Source: Veleropilina oligotropha
Lineage: Eukaryota
Length of the DNA: 35,543 bases
Assembly (NCBI GenBank): GCA_048128005.1
Contig: JBEUKZ010000044.1
Span: 1-35,543 of the forward strand
Direction of reading: 5' to 3'
The notes beneath the pieces are model-generated. The model was not told where the DNA came from and made no database searches. It worked only from the letters and a program-made list of their open reading frames with translations. Position 1 is the stretch's first letter. The number at the start of each line of letters is the position of its first letter. Both the position numbers and the translations under genes were made by a program. Below, piece after piece: positions 1-11,900 of the stretch.

Positions 1-550
1 ATCCAATTAGGCTCGCGCGTATGAAATCAATGGCTGTCGCGAAAATCAAAAATAAATTAAAAAATTCCCTAAAGATCGTAGCACATTATTTCATAACTGC
101 ATAGGCCCATCTTGCGAATTAGCGTTAGTGACTTTGTTTTAATATCACTTTTGGCAATTTTTCAGCCTAAACGCATAGTACACATGTGTGTTGATTGCTG
201 CCATTTTGGTTACCATTATTTTGCATTATGTAGGGTAAGGGTTTCTCTAAGTTGTATAACTTGTGCCCAAACCCAAAATTGCTGATGTGCAATAAAATAT
301 GTTTAAACTAATTAAACTAAACGCAGTAGGAACACCAAGTTTAAGGTCTCACTTCGATCTGACTGACATACATGCCATATATTATTATAAGCGGTAGAAT
401 AAGCGGCCGGCTGGCCTTGAACCCGGGCTCTCCTCGCTGGTTCGGTTGAATGTCTAACGCCATATCCACTCATCCGTCGAACCAGGCCATTACCGATGGA
501 TTAATCTGAGTCAATAGATTTCGTTTGGAAGAACAATATAATAATAATAT

Positions 551-750
551 AGGCTTACAGACTGTACTTGATGCTGCCCGGAGATAGGCCTACAGACTGT
601 ACTTGATGCTGCCCGGAGATAGGCCTACAGACTGTACTTGATGCTGCCCGGAGATAGGCCTACAGACTGTACTTGATGCTGCCCGGAGATAGGCCTACAG
701 ACGCTGCCCGGAGATAGGCCTACAAACTGTACTTGATGCTGCCCGAAGAT
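551..750. repeat. 35-bp minisatellite (AGGCCTACAGACTGTACTTGATGCTGCCCGGAGAT), 5 full units plus one with a 10-bp deletion
   Basis: Units start at 551, 586, 621, 656, 691 (deleted, 25 bp) and 716; no unique spacers. Confidence 0.95.
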
Positions 751-889
751 TTTTGCGCGGAATCAATGAATAGTGTCAACAATTTATGTAATTGAATCGG
801 GTAAATGAACAGGCAATTGTTGTAACTTCGATAAATGACTATTACATAGCCCATTTATATTAGCCCATTTTTGTTTTAGCTACAGAATC

Positions 890-1330
890 GTGTGATTCCA
901 TCGGTATATCCGGTGTAAGCCAACCATCGTAGACAGTGTAAGTGATTCATCAATCGTCGCCCGCGTGTGGCAACCATCATGTCCCGTGTGACTTAACCAT
1001 CGTAGACAGCGTAAGTGAACCATCGTAACCCATTTGATTCAGCAATCATAGCCCGCGTGTGGCAACCATCATGTCCCGTGAGAGTTAACCATCGTAGACA
1101 GTGTAAGTCAACCATCGTAATTCAGCAATCGTAGCCCGCATATGGCAATGAGTCTACTCCGTGTCAATATTAATATCACGCGTGAGCCAGTCATCTTAGC
1201 TCGTATGAGTCACCCGTCGTAACCCGTGTGTGTCAATCATAGAAGCCTGGGTATCCCATTTATAGCAACAAATGTAGCCTGTCTGAATCAACCACTGTAG
1301 CCCGAGTTATCCAACCATAGAAAGCCTGTG
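890..1330. repeat. Degenerate ~23-bp minisatellite (CAACCATCGTAGCCCGTGTGTGA-like)
   Basis: Recurrent ACCATCGTA / CCCGTGTG motifs at roughly 23-bp spacing. Confidence 0.75.
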
Positions 1331-1894
1331 TGAACAGGCCGATCGCGGTGAGCGTTACTGCTCCAATGCGGCTGGATACTTTGCGTAGTTAACAGTGACT
1401 TTTGTCCTTTTCTTGTCCATGCGGACGGGTTTTCACTATGGGTGCGATGTTTGACCATGAAGGGTGTTCAAATGGCACATTGAGTATCAAATCAACAAAA
1501 CCAAACCGTGGAAGACATCCATCATAAGCAATGTGGCTTGAAGCAATCAACCGTCCAGTGTGTGGAATTTCAAGGCAGAGAATACACGAAAGTAATAAAC
1601 TAATACCTTTGCAACTGCTGTCTGTCGACCATGGGTGAAATACGCTAAATCTTTTATATTTTTGTAAACCATATAGGTAAGGCTATTATATTTAAAAAAA
1701 CATGCTGTAGTCCTTGTTTAAGCCATATTTATAATTCGAAATGTAACATGTTAACAAGAAATTCTCGGCATTAGATATTTCACCCAATACGATGGAGGAG
1801 CTTCCAAAATTTGGTCATGGAAATCACTCAAGCCATTACAGTGACACATATCTTTATATAAAAAGTATTCCTCCAATCAACGAGAGCAGAAATG

Positions 1895-2230
1895 TAACGT
1901 GTGGCAACCATCACAGCCTATATATAAACACCATCGTATATAAATCATCGCTGCCTGTGTGTAGCAGCCATCGTGGTCCATGTGTGATAACCATCGCAGT
2001 CGTATTCGGACAGCATCGTATCTCATGTGCTATGGTGTGTGGACACCTTTATAACCCAAGTGTGGAAAACATCATAGTCCGACTCCGTGTGTGGCACCCA
2101 ACACAATTAACCCGTGTGTGACTACCATCGTAGACCGGGTGTAGCAGTCATCGTAGCACGTGCGGTAACCATGATAACTGGTGTGAGACAACCATCGTAT
2201 TATGTGTGACGTGAAGCAACCTTCGTTTTG
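1895..2230. repeat. Second block of the same degenerate ~23-bp minisatellite
   Basis: Recurrent (A)ACCATCGT...GTGTG motifs matching the 890-1330 block. Confidence 0.7.
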
Positions 2231-2399
2231 TAAATGAAATATCAGTATAATAGAAAGATCCACAATTTGCAGTGCAATAGTATGTGAATTAATACAGAAG
2301 CTTATGTACGTAATGTGTCGCTAAATTTTAACAATGAAATCAGATGAATCTATACAAATGGGACATAGGAAAATGGATAAACGATCATAAGAATTTTCC

Positions 2400-2568
2400 A
2401 TAAAATATATAAACAAGACACACTGGAAGACAGCGAACTAACAATCAGCATTGGAGGCAGGACAATCACCAACTTACGTTTTGCAGGGAAGGAGGTGAGA
2501 TCGCCAGTATGGTGAAAAGCCTGTATATGACCGCGACAGCCTACGGCTTGGAGATTTAGTGCAAATAG
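2400..2568 (+). mobile_element. Degenerate RTE-clade LINE reverse transcriptase fragment
   Basis: Translates to DTLEDSELTISIGGRTITNLRFA (RTE-type motif just before the catalytic DD, which is lost); frameshifted AYGLEI-SA follows. Confidence 0.65.
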
Positions 2569-3140
2569 TGATTGATTGATTTGATGTTTAACGACCACGC
2601 CAACAATAATTCAGTCATAATCGGGTCGATAGACTTTAAATACTCAAATTACCTGACATATTTGAAACATTATTCACTTTTTCATATCAGAAAAATATAG
2701 ATGTCTAAGGGTTAAAGATTAGCTTCTATTAAAAAAGCAAAAATGAAAACAATTTTAAAATTATTAAATAGTTCTTGAAGTGATAATGCTGTTAATATAT
2801 TTGACGTATTGGGTCTAAATCAAAAGTAAAAGGGTTAAAGTTTGCAAAATATAGATTTGTAAAAGTAAAAGGGTTAAAGTTTGTAACATATATTAGCTTC
2901 TTTAAAAAAAGTAAAAATGACATCAATTTTAAAATTACTAAATAGTTCTTGAAGTGATAATGCTGTAAAATATTTTAGACGTATTGTGTCTAAATCAACG
3001 CATTTCAATAATCTATGTTTCACCGTCAGGTTTGAAGCACAAGGAACACACTCAGGTGGTGGCTCCATTTTAAGCAAGTAGAAATGAGTGTAGTAGCAAT
3101 GTCCAATCCGCAGTCCGGTCAAAATGATACAGAGAGTCAC

Positions 3141-5064
3141 ACGACACAGATGAGCACCAAAAATATAAAGAATGTGAGAAAGAAAGTAAAAAAGAAATCC
3201 GAGCAGCCAAAAAAGGTTTTGAAGAAAAGTTAGCAGAAAACATCAAGGAAAACCCAAAATCTTTTTATGCTTATATTAGGTCAAAACAAAAAACAAAAGA
3301 TGTCGTAGGTCCCCTGAACGATGAACATGGAAATATAATATCCGATGATGCACAAATCTCAGAATCCCTTAACAAATATTTTGCATCTGTTTATACTATT
3401 GAGGACACGATAAACATTCCACCGGTAAAACTTATTTATGAAGATCATGAAACATTTTGTGAAAGTATTGAAATTACTACGGAAATGGTTGAAAAAAAGA
3501 TAAGCTTACTAAATGTCAGTAAAGCTCCAGGTCCAGACAGCATATATCCCAAATTGCTAAAATTCGGTAAAGATGAATTAGCAAAGCCATTAGCCCTGAT
3601 ATTCAATAAAACTCTACAAGAAGGCAGCTTGCCTGATGACTGGAAGACTGGAAATATTACCCCAATCTTTAAAAAAGGTAGTCGATCAAATACCCAAAAT
3701 TATCGACCTGTTAGTCTGACATCAATAGTAGGCAAAATAATGGAATCCATCTTAAAGGATGCTATCTTAAAACACATAAATAAATTTGGCCTTCTAAACC
3801 TAAGTCAGCATGGGTTTATGGAAAAAAGATCTTGTTTAACAAACTTACTGGAATTTTTTGATAATGTAACAAGTGCAATTGACAATGGCAAACCAGTTGA
3901 TATCATATATCTTGATTTTCAGAAAGCATTCGATAAAGTACCACATAAACGACTATTACAAAAATTAAGTAACCATGGCATTAAAGGCCAAATACTAAAT
4001 TGGATATGTAAGTGGCTAGAAAATAGAAAACAGAGGGTTGTAATAAATGGGGTAAAGTCAGAATGGAAACCAGTACTAAGTGGAGTCCCACAAGGTTCTG
4101 TGTTGGGACCATTGTTGTTTCTCATATATTTAAATGATATTGATGACGTCATTACATCGCTAGTAAAAAAGTTTGCAGACGATACCAAGCTGTACAGAAT
4201 TATCGAAACAGAAGAAGATGAAAAGAAACTTCAAGGTGATTTAAATAATGTGATAAAATGGTCTGAGGACTGGCAAATGGTTTTCAACACCAGCAAATGT
4301 AAAGTAATGCATGTGGGTTATAATAACAATACCTATAATTATGAAATGGGTTCAGAAGCTTTACAAGAAATGGCCAAAGAAAAAGATTTGGGTGTATGGG
4401 TAGACAAGACATTTAAACCATCAAATCAATGTGCAGAGTCAGCTAAAAAGGGAAATCAAATATTGGGAATGATAAAGAGAAATTTTAATTTTAAATCTAA
4501 AGCCATCATAACTCGCCTATACAAGCAAATGGTTAGACCGCATTTAGAATATGCAGTGCAAGCATGGCGTCCATATCTTGCTAAGGATATCAATATAATA
4601 GAACAAGTTCAAAGAAGAGCCACAAAATTGATAGGAGAATTGAGAGAATTACCATACGAGGAGAGACTAAGAGCTCTGAACCTCACAACATTATCTTTGA
4701 GAAGGATAAGAGGTGATATGATTCAGGTTTTTAAAATGTTTACAGGAAAAGTCAACGTTGACAATAGTTTCTTTTTTCAGATGAACCAAAGGCATACCCG
4801 GGGGCATCAATACAAGATTTACAAAAAACGATTCCGACTAGACGTTAGAAAACACTTTTTCTCAAATCGGGTTGTCGATGAATGGAATGCTCTTCCTAAT
4901 AATGTAGTGGAATCGACATCTGTAAACCAATTTAAAAATCGCCTAGATGAGCATTTTAAGAAGAAGGGCAGGTTATAGAGGACAAGACAACTCAATGGGT
5001 TTTTATATGAGTAGCAGTAATGCGCTTTCTAAACCCAAACAAATTCTATTTAATCTATTTAATC
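3141..5064 (+). mobile_element. 5'-truncated CR1-clade LINE, apparently young
   Basis: Uninterrupted ORF2 remnant; short 3' UTR ending in (TATTTAATC)2 at 5047-5064; TCAC at both junctions (3137-3140, 5063-5066). Confidence 0.92.
3143..4978 (+). CDS. CR1 LINE ORF2 remnant (reverse transcriptase); endonuclease lost by 5' truncation; first Met at 3485
   Basis: KAPGPD, NYRPVSLTS, QHGF, YLDFQKAFDKVPH, GVPQGSVLGP, FADD, KDLGV, RPHLEY, FFSNRVVDEWNALP; the frame stays open upstream of 3485 (NPKSFYAY...LNKYFASV) to the insertion junction. Confidence 0.9.
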   Translation, partial: DTDEHQKYKECEKESKKEIRAAKKGFEEKLAENIKENPKSFYAYIRSKQKTKDVVGPLNDEHGNIISDDAQISESLNKYFASVYTIEDTINIPPVKLIYEDHETFCESIEITTEMVEKKISLLNVSKAPGPDSIYPKLLKFGKDELAKPLALIFNKTLQEGSLPDDWKTGNITPIFKKGSRSNTQNYRPVSLTSIVGKIMESILKDAILKHINKFGLLNLSQHGFMEKRSCLTNLLEFFDNVTSAIDNGKPVDIIYLDFQKAFDKVPHKRLLQKLSNHGIKGQILNWICKWLENRKQRVVINGVKSEWKPVLSGVPQGSVLGPLLFLIYLNDIDDVITSLVKKFADDTKLYRIIETEEDEKKLQGDLNNVIKWSEDWQMVFNTSKCKVMHVGYNNNTYNYEMGSEALQEMAKEKDLGVWVDKTFKPSNQCAESAKKGNQILGMIKRNFNFKSKAIITRLYKQMVRPHLEYAVQAWRPYLAKDINIIEQVQRRATKLIGELRELPYEERLRALNLTTLSLRRIRGDMIQVFKMFTGKVNVDNSFFFQMNQRHTRGHQYKIYKKRFRLDVRKHFFSNRVVDEWNALPNNVVESTSVNQFKNRLDEHFKKKGRL

Positions 5065-5531
5065 ACGGCGAGGGGACCTGTAAGAAGAAGTCGGACATTC
5101 TGCATTTTATTCCCCGTGCAATCATCCCAATATTGTTTCCAAGTATTTGAATGTACTTATATATATTGTACTTAAAATCTGAATGCGGAATTTTGCAATT
5201 TATAGGCTGGTCAATATGTAAAGCTGATTTTGCTGCTTTATCAGCCTTTTCATTGCCTTCGATGCCAATATGGCTCGGTATCCAGCATAAAATGTCATTT
5301 TTCTTGTAGAGATTATTATATTTTAGCAATTATTGTTGTGTCAATGCATTTCCATTTGTCCCCTCAATGCTTGAAGGCTCGAGAGAGAATCTGAATAAAT
5401 GAAAAAACAGTTTTTTAGCACTGTCAAGGAAAAAGTCAAATGCTAGGTCAATTGCTTTTAATTCAGATGTAAATACAGTGGCGCTATCCGGCAGACGGGT
5501 CCGAAAACAGTGTCTGCCGGTAACAGCCGCA

Positions 5532-5692
5532 GCACCCTCACGATCCCCATCTTTTGAACCATCAGTGTATATTCTTTTTCGATCAGAATATTTTAGTTTC
5601 AAATCATTTCAATTGCACCCTCACGATCCCCATCTTTTGAACCATCAGTGTATATTCTTTTTCGATCAGAATATTTTAGTTTCAAATCATTT
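5532..5692. repeat. 78-bp tandem duplication (5532-5609, 5615-5692) within the LINE RNase H region
   Basis: Identical GCACCCTCACGATCCCC...AAATCATTT twice with a 5-bp spacer; duplicates IYTDGSKDGDREGA and shifts the frame. Confidence 0.95.
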
Positions 5693-6389
5693 ACCTTAGA
5701 TAAGTATGCAGTTATGTGAAATGTATTGGTGCATGGTGGTGTATCCGAAATATAATATAATTCAATTTGATCTAAATGTATGCTTGAATTTTCCAAAGCT
5801 GGTTTAATGCGGATGCCAAACGGTGGAATTGCTTTAGGTTTTCCCTGAAATAGATTTTCGTAAAATGGTGAGAAAACAGTTTCTAAAAGTTGGTTGGATG
5901 GATTTGATTTTAATTTGATAGCATATTGCAGTGATAATTTTACGTGTCTGTGATTAAGTGATGGTTCATTTGCTTCGGCGTAGAGGCTTTCCATGGGTGA
6001 TGTGCGGAAGGCCCCTAGAGCAAGACGAAGTCATTGGTTATGGATGGGATCCAGTGTTTTGAGATAAGACTGTCGAGCAGAGTCATATACAATGTTCCAT
6101 AATCAAGTTTATTTCGAATTAATGCTCTATATAGTCTTAGTAAAACTCTCCTATCAGCATCCCAATCGGTATTAGAAACGAATTTCATTAAGTTTAGAGC
6201 CTTATGGAATTTTTCTTTGACATATTTTGTATGAGGAAAAAAGCTCCGTTTACGGTAAAAAAAACCAGGCCTAAAAATTTAAATTGATCTACTACGGGAA
6301 TGATGTGATTATCCAGTTTTAGTAAAGGGTCGTCGGGTTTTTCTCGACGTTTGCAAAATCCTGCAGCGGAAGAACACGGAAAAAGAAAC

Positions 6390-6606
6390 AGGAAAGAAAG
6401 GAAAGGATCGGGGAAACCCGCCCTCTCCGACCAGTTACGGAACAAAGGATCGGGGAAACCCGCCCTCTCCGACCAGTTACGGAACAAAGGATCGGGGAAA
6501 CCCGCCCTCTCCGACCAGTTACGGAACATAAATGAACAAATAATGTCATTTCCCGACCGAGATTCGAACCCATTGAAATCAAGCCAGTGATGTTTCGGAG
6601 TCTGCT
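6390..6606 (-). mobile_element. tRNA-derived SINE, internally deleted copy with a perfect 42-bp triplication (6402-6527)
   Basis: Homologous to copies at 10553 and 31288; B box GGTTCGAATC on minus strand; TTTCC-type tail. Confidence 0.85.
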
Positions 6607-6629
6607 CACAAGATTTTTCGGAGCGGCTC

Positions 6630-6770
6630 ACAAGAAAAAGAAGGATAAGCACACAAAGAAAGATATGGGAGAACAACATCCCAGAGTGTGCAGCCTTGAG
6701 GTTGAGCGACACCTTGAGAAATGAATGGGGGAGCTGGTTTCTAACTCATCTTCGGTGCCATCTAGGATTC
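6630..6770 (+). mobile_element. Degenerate RTE LINE C-terminal fragment
   Basis: IWENNIPECAALRLSDTLR resembles the RTE terminal RWEDNIxEWTGLxLxxxLR motif. Confidence 0.55.
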
Positions 6771-6779
6771 ATATGTGGT

Positions 6780-7070
6780 TTCGAGCTGACTGCGGGAATG
6801 GTGATGATGAGATCGTTACTTCAAGATATTTCCAATTCACTTTTGGAGAATTGCAACGGATCCATATCGCTGCTGCTTAAATAATCATTTGAAAAAGGCG
6901 TTTCGATCATCAAACCATTTCACTGGTTGCCAATACCAGAACGCATCACTTCCAACTTGCTCGTCACTGTGTACAAATGATTGCGTATTCTGCGTCATCA
7001 TATCACTGTGATCTTCTAGTCCTCTTTCAACTCGAACATGTACGTGCGCACCAAGAAGATCAAGACTTAC
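6780..7070 (+). mobile_element. Degenerate L2-clade LINE 3' ORF2 fragment
   Basis: LQRIHIAAA and FHWLPIPERITSNLLVTVYK resemble L2 LQRxQNxAAR and LHWLPxxxRIxFK motifs. Confidence 0.6.
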
Positions 7071-7221
7071 ACTATTATTGGATATACGCTGTCCTTGGTC
7101 AATCAACAAACACAACCTCAGCAATTTCAATCAGCATTCTCTTTATAGATTTTTGAAAGCTTGATTATTGAATCTGAAATATAACAAATGATTTTCTTTA
7201 TCAGTACGTTGATGTAGAATG

Positions 7222-8144
7222 ATTACCTTCGCCTATGTAGTGGTGAGAGAAGGTATTGCAATTGAGTCGTTTTGACTGTCTGTTTGTTTGTCTGTCCTCG
7301 AATAGCATATTTCAACAACCATTTATACGATTTACTCAATTTTGTTGACAGAAAATGGGGTCCACCCTGCGCTCGGTCCTCTTGACAGATGATCCGAATC
7401 AGAAAGCTGATACGGATTTTATGACACAATTTATGGTTTGCAAATTGTCTGTCAACTAGCATATCTCAACAACATTGATCCGATTATTTTCATTTCGCGA
7501 AATCCGCGACGTCTGATTGGTCAAAATGAAGTCACGTGTAGATTGGTCAAATACTCTTATCGCACTCGACGTATTCGTCTGCTAAACGTCATTTTGCTTC
7601 TGTGGAAGACGATCATGTGTAATCGAATGTTCCCCTGAGATGCGGATATGAATGTATATGACTAATATCGAGGTTATTTTTCGCTTAAAATAACCCATAA
7701 GTTACAATTTACATGACGTTATTCAATGCTTAGTGATTGATAAACATATAAAGTAAGATTGTTTTAAAAACAAAATGAAAGTAAAAATGTTACCCTGCGG
7801 CGTCTCGTTTGATACGTACGTTTATCATGTTCGCCATGATAATATCACACTCGACTTCGTCAAACCGCACATGATAAACGTACGTATCAAAGTCGCCGCC
7901 CCAGGATAACGTTAAGGGTCCATTCTAGGCTCGGTCCTCCTCATAGATGATTCGAATCGAAAAGAGGATCCGGATTTTATGACACAATTGCCGGTTTTCG
8001 GCTCTAGCGCAAGAACGCTTCGATCGTAAAAACTTCAAATTAGGCTCAAAATGTTCTTTAACTGGACGTCGCAGATTTATCTGGCTTTCACAATCGTATT
8101 CCTTGCCACCTGGGCGATGGTTTGCAATCTCGGATTGCCTTGTT
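7222..8144 (+). mobile_element. Helentron-associated (HINE/DINE-like) non-autonomous element, family B, containing a hairpin-bearing insert (~7455-7910)
   Basis: ATTACCTTCGCC start, TGTC/TTTG microsatellite, 3' end CCTTGCC...GGCGATGGTTTGCAATCTC...CTTGTT shared with copies at 18441, 24949 and 25591. Confidence 0.6.
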
Positions 8145-8494
8145 ATGTATGGATTAGGAGCATGTCCATATTATGGTGGGGTATTTCCCGGAGCATTAGG
8201 TGAAATCCGAGAGGTCTTGGACCGCCCGACACCTTACACCTGCGGTAACATTGCTGTCCTTACGAGTGGATTGGAAACAAAGCGCTTCAACTCACTCCGA
8301 TATTAATAGTTAAATTAATTATGGTTCTAAATCCGCTGAAATTTTTTGTGTTATAACTTCCACAAAGTGCTGATACCAGTAGAATCGTAGCATAACATCT
8401 TATTGTGCAGCTTTTCACAGTCGGATCTAGTAAATACTTTAGTCATGATACGTTACCATCAACTCGAAATAATTGTATCAGCAATGTCAGGTAT

Positions 8495-8525
8495 TTTATT
8501 AAATCGCAATGTCAGGCATTTTATT
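8495..8525 (-). terminator. Two AATAAA polyadenylation signals (8495-8500, 8520-8525) for the lectin gene
   Basis: TTTATT on plus strand twice, inside a short duplication GCAATGTCAGG(T/C)ATTTTATTA, 170-195 bp past the stop codon. Confidence 0.55.
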
Positions 8526-8690
8526 AGCAGCAGACACATCAATCTCACTTATTGGATATAACAATCTAACAAGAAGACAGTGTCAAAAATCAGAGAATAT
8601 CATGAAACGGTTATTTCTTTCGTCAGTTCAAAGTGTGAATATGTCCATGATAATGAAAAATGTCCGAGAATCGTCATGAAATCGATCATC

Positions 8691-8971
8691 CTAAATCCCC
8701 AAGTAACAATCCTGTAATCTACAATATGTATTGTAATTACATTGGGCAAAGAAGGATTGGCAGTTATATGTGTGCAAACACATCAAACCACACTGCATCG
8801 GGCTCGCTGATTGGAGGTTTGTATTCAAATCTATATCGCTCAGGGCGGCATCGATGTCCGTGCTCTTATAGAAGAAGGCAGCATGCTTATCTTCCTTGAA
8901 TTGTTTCATTGATGTGACATTGTACGGTGCAAGCCCAGGTGGCGTGCCGACGTGGTATATTATCAAGGCAG
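8691..8971 (-). CDS. Lectin gene exon 5: linker plus PAN/apple-like module and stop
   Basis: Acceptor TACCTTTTCAG; phase 1; SPMQCGLMCLHTYNCQSFF...YCRL. Confidence 0.8.
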
Positions 8972-11900
8972 CTGAAAAGGTACAAACAAAAAGTGCTTCG
9001 GCATGAAAGTAAAATGATCACAATGAAATAAACACACTTGACAGTAAATTTGGACAGTTCCAGCAGACATTTGATATCAATTTTGGCAACATTTGTGCAC
9101 AAGAATTCTGCCTGGCTCAAACATTCTTGATTTTTTTCATTGATGCAAGATTATACGGTATACAGTTATATGGTGTCCCACATCTTTGATGGACATTGGT
9201 ATTGAATATCATGACTAGGCCTATTCTATTTTCATCTATAATAACCTACCAGAATACATACCCGCCTGTGATGCTTAAGCAAATGTCACACCATTCTATA
9301 GTCGACATCATTGAAGATATAGTGGATACCATTCTATAGTTGACATCATGAAAGATATAGTGGATACCATTTGGAGGATGAACATATTTACCCTTCTTGC
9401 AAATACATGCTGAGGTCACTGTTCCGCACGACGTGTCAGACATCTTTCCTTGTCCGTCCAATGCCGCGCATGCGCCCGTCACGTTTACTGGCGCGCCTGG
9501 AAACAAATGAAATATCTTGTATTCTTTTCGCTTTATTAATTATTTCTAATTTATAACTGGTGGATAAATATGTAATTCGCTGACAGCTAGGACGTGATAT
9601 GCAATGCGAATCCGTTTTGATTTTAGGCTCTGTCACGTTGTGATCATTGTTAAACTGTTCTTTATCGAAGCTTCAAAAGACAATTACATTGTTTCACTTG
9701 TATCGAGAGTTAGAGGACTAAAACTTTTCAGAACTCGCTCATGGGGAAATTGCCAACTGGAAGACAAAATCGCACATAATATGAAAAGTCTGTATTTTTC
9801 TTGCAAATAGTGTTCGTTATAGAGCGTATCGCCTAATTTCGCAATATTTAGTACATGCTTCCTGGGACTACGATTAGAGTACGGTAGTAATCCCAGATGC
9901 TTCTTAGGAAACATAACCAGACTTAAAAAGAAATACGAAATTGTTGAATTAACAACGGTTTCTTTAAAGGCCGGACTTTGTAACCGGCCGGTCGATGGAC
10001 ATGGCCATGAGTTAGGGGAGTGGCTAAACATGCTTGCGTATCAAGTTTGTGTGTGATAATTGCCGTGAAAATAAAAAAAGGGTCCCCCGTAATTGTATTT
10101 CTGTTGTTTCAACCATTTGCCAACCAATCGTACGACGACGTCTCGACCTGCACTGGTCGCTGTTCTAATCAGAAATGAACCCACCACCCGATCTCGCCTT
10201 TTATAGTCGCAATTCGGCCTTTAACTGTATTGCACTTTATATAATTTTAGAAGATCAGATGATTAGCAAATCCTTGACCGGCGGTCAAAAGTTTCATATT
10301 TACCACTCGCCCACGGTAATACGTAGTTATAGGTCGTTCCATCCGAGTTTTTCCATTTTATGTTGTCGTGATATAAACCAATCCATGCTAGCATTGCAGG
10401 CAACGGAAGTTTCTGAAAAATTAAAATACATGTTTTAAGAGTATATTCGGTATTACTGCATTGACCAATATCTGATGCACAATACGCCAAGTATAATAAT
10501 GGGAAATCTAAATAAAAACTACAAGAAGAAACACTAAATCTGCAAATTTCGAGGAGGAGGAGGAATTATGCTTAATGTCCTGTATATTTACAACATCGAG
10601 GTTCAAGGCAGGACATGTCCGTGTTATCGCGGGAGGAAACCCCGGTCGCCCGGGTAAACCCGCCCTCTTCGGCCAGTCACGGACAACTGTGATTCATAAC
10701 TTGAACAAATTTCAATGCCTCAGCCAGGTATTGAACCCACTACTGTTCGCATTAGCGGAATCAAGCCAGTGAATTTAAAGTGGACACTCTACCCACTGCG
10801 CTGCCGAAGAGGCCCTGCAAATTTCGAACATGTCAGTAAATTCAATTGATGTCATTATCTTGTTACAAGTTATTTGTGGTGTTTTTTTGCGCATATGTCA
10901 TATCAATAACTAGCAAATTTAACACATTGTCATAATACTTGGTTGTTGCTTTATGGGTATACGAAAAGGTCTCACACCACTGTCTGTTACCCGATCACAA
11001 TAATTATGATGTTCCGATCGTACTGACCGTTAATACGTGCGTATCGATGAATGTTTCCTCCTCAACGGACCAGATGCTAGCGAGGTTTGCCCCGACGTTC
11101 ACGCATTCCTGCTGACAGAGACTGTGCGATAACGAAATATCCCGATACAGGTAGCAGAGACCGTCGCTATGCAGCCATCCATCCGGACATCCATCAGCGG
11201 TGTACGCTGAAATCGATCTCATATCACCACATTGCACATATAAATAGTCGACGGAGATCTATGGGTTTTGAGAGATTACCATGTAGTCAAAGATGCATTC
11301 ACTGGATTGGGATCGTAACCGTGCAAAGACATTGCGGAATTAGCAGTGTCAGTGGTCTATTGCTGGCTGGGGTTTCCCCAGGTGTGTTGGTTTTCCAGAA
11401 TATCCGGTTTCAAATAAGTGCTAATTAGTTTTGCAAATCAGAATATTATTACCAACTATTTCCATTTCAATAGGCTATGGTAATTCACACGGATACAGTT
11501 CAGTACAGCATTGTTTCAAATATGGCAATGCAATTGTCAGTCACTTCATTATGAATTGAACCGATATAACATCTCGGAGGTAGTTTATCTACACAAGACG
11601 TGAATATGACAATTAAAATATTGTTTAGAAAACGAAATTTTGGAAAAGTAATTAGGAGGCCATCCATGGAACATGATCACAGGATATTTGTAACCAAACA
11701 CATTTATGTTAGTGTAATGGAATGCTAGTATAGATGGTATTTAAATCATCACTACCAGGCGGTGACTTCATGATGAAATGTAAACTAAGTGGCTTTAAAA
11801 TGATGTGAAAATTTAATTTGTATGTTATTTGTCAAGTTAGTATAGACAAATCCTAAAGAAATGTGATCAATTGTGGATGATGCCATGCGATATGATTTTC

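Larger units (their letters stand above)
2569..6352 (-). mobile_element. Degenerate, 5'-truncated I-group (I/Nimb-like) LINE with RT C-terminus, RNase H and CCHC knuckle, split by a CR1 insertion at 3141-5064
   Basis: Minus-strand fragments FKFLGL, LALGAFRTSPMESLYAEANEP, IYTDGSK...SELKAI, CWIPSHIGIEGNEKADKAAK, LRIGH...CVPC-x7-H-x4-C; 3' end TTAAACATCAAATCAATCAATCA tail at ~2569-2591; many frameshifts. Confidence 0.88.

Noticed and set aside
551..750. 35-bp repeats as CRISPR
   Set aside because: Head-to-tail repeats without spacers
1792..2121. 109-aa ORF
   Set aside because: Mostly overlaps the degenerate minisatellite; no recognisable domain
3485..4978. Reverse transcriptase as retron, group II intron, DGR or telomerase
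   Set aside because: Motifs, upstream linker, 3' tail and 5' truncation are typical of CR1 LINEs
6194..6712. 172-aa ORF with triple repeat
   Set aside because: Chimeric read-through of an RTE relic, a SINE 42-bp triplication and an I-LINE fragment
11279..11420. Extra lectin exon (AG...GT bounded, minus strand)
   Set aside because: Stops in all three frames; better explained as an old SINE on the plus strand
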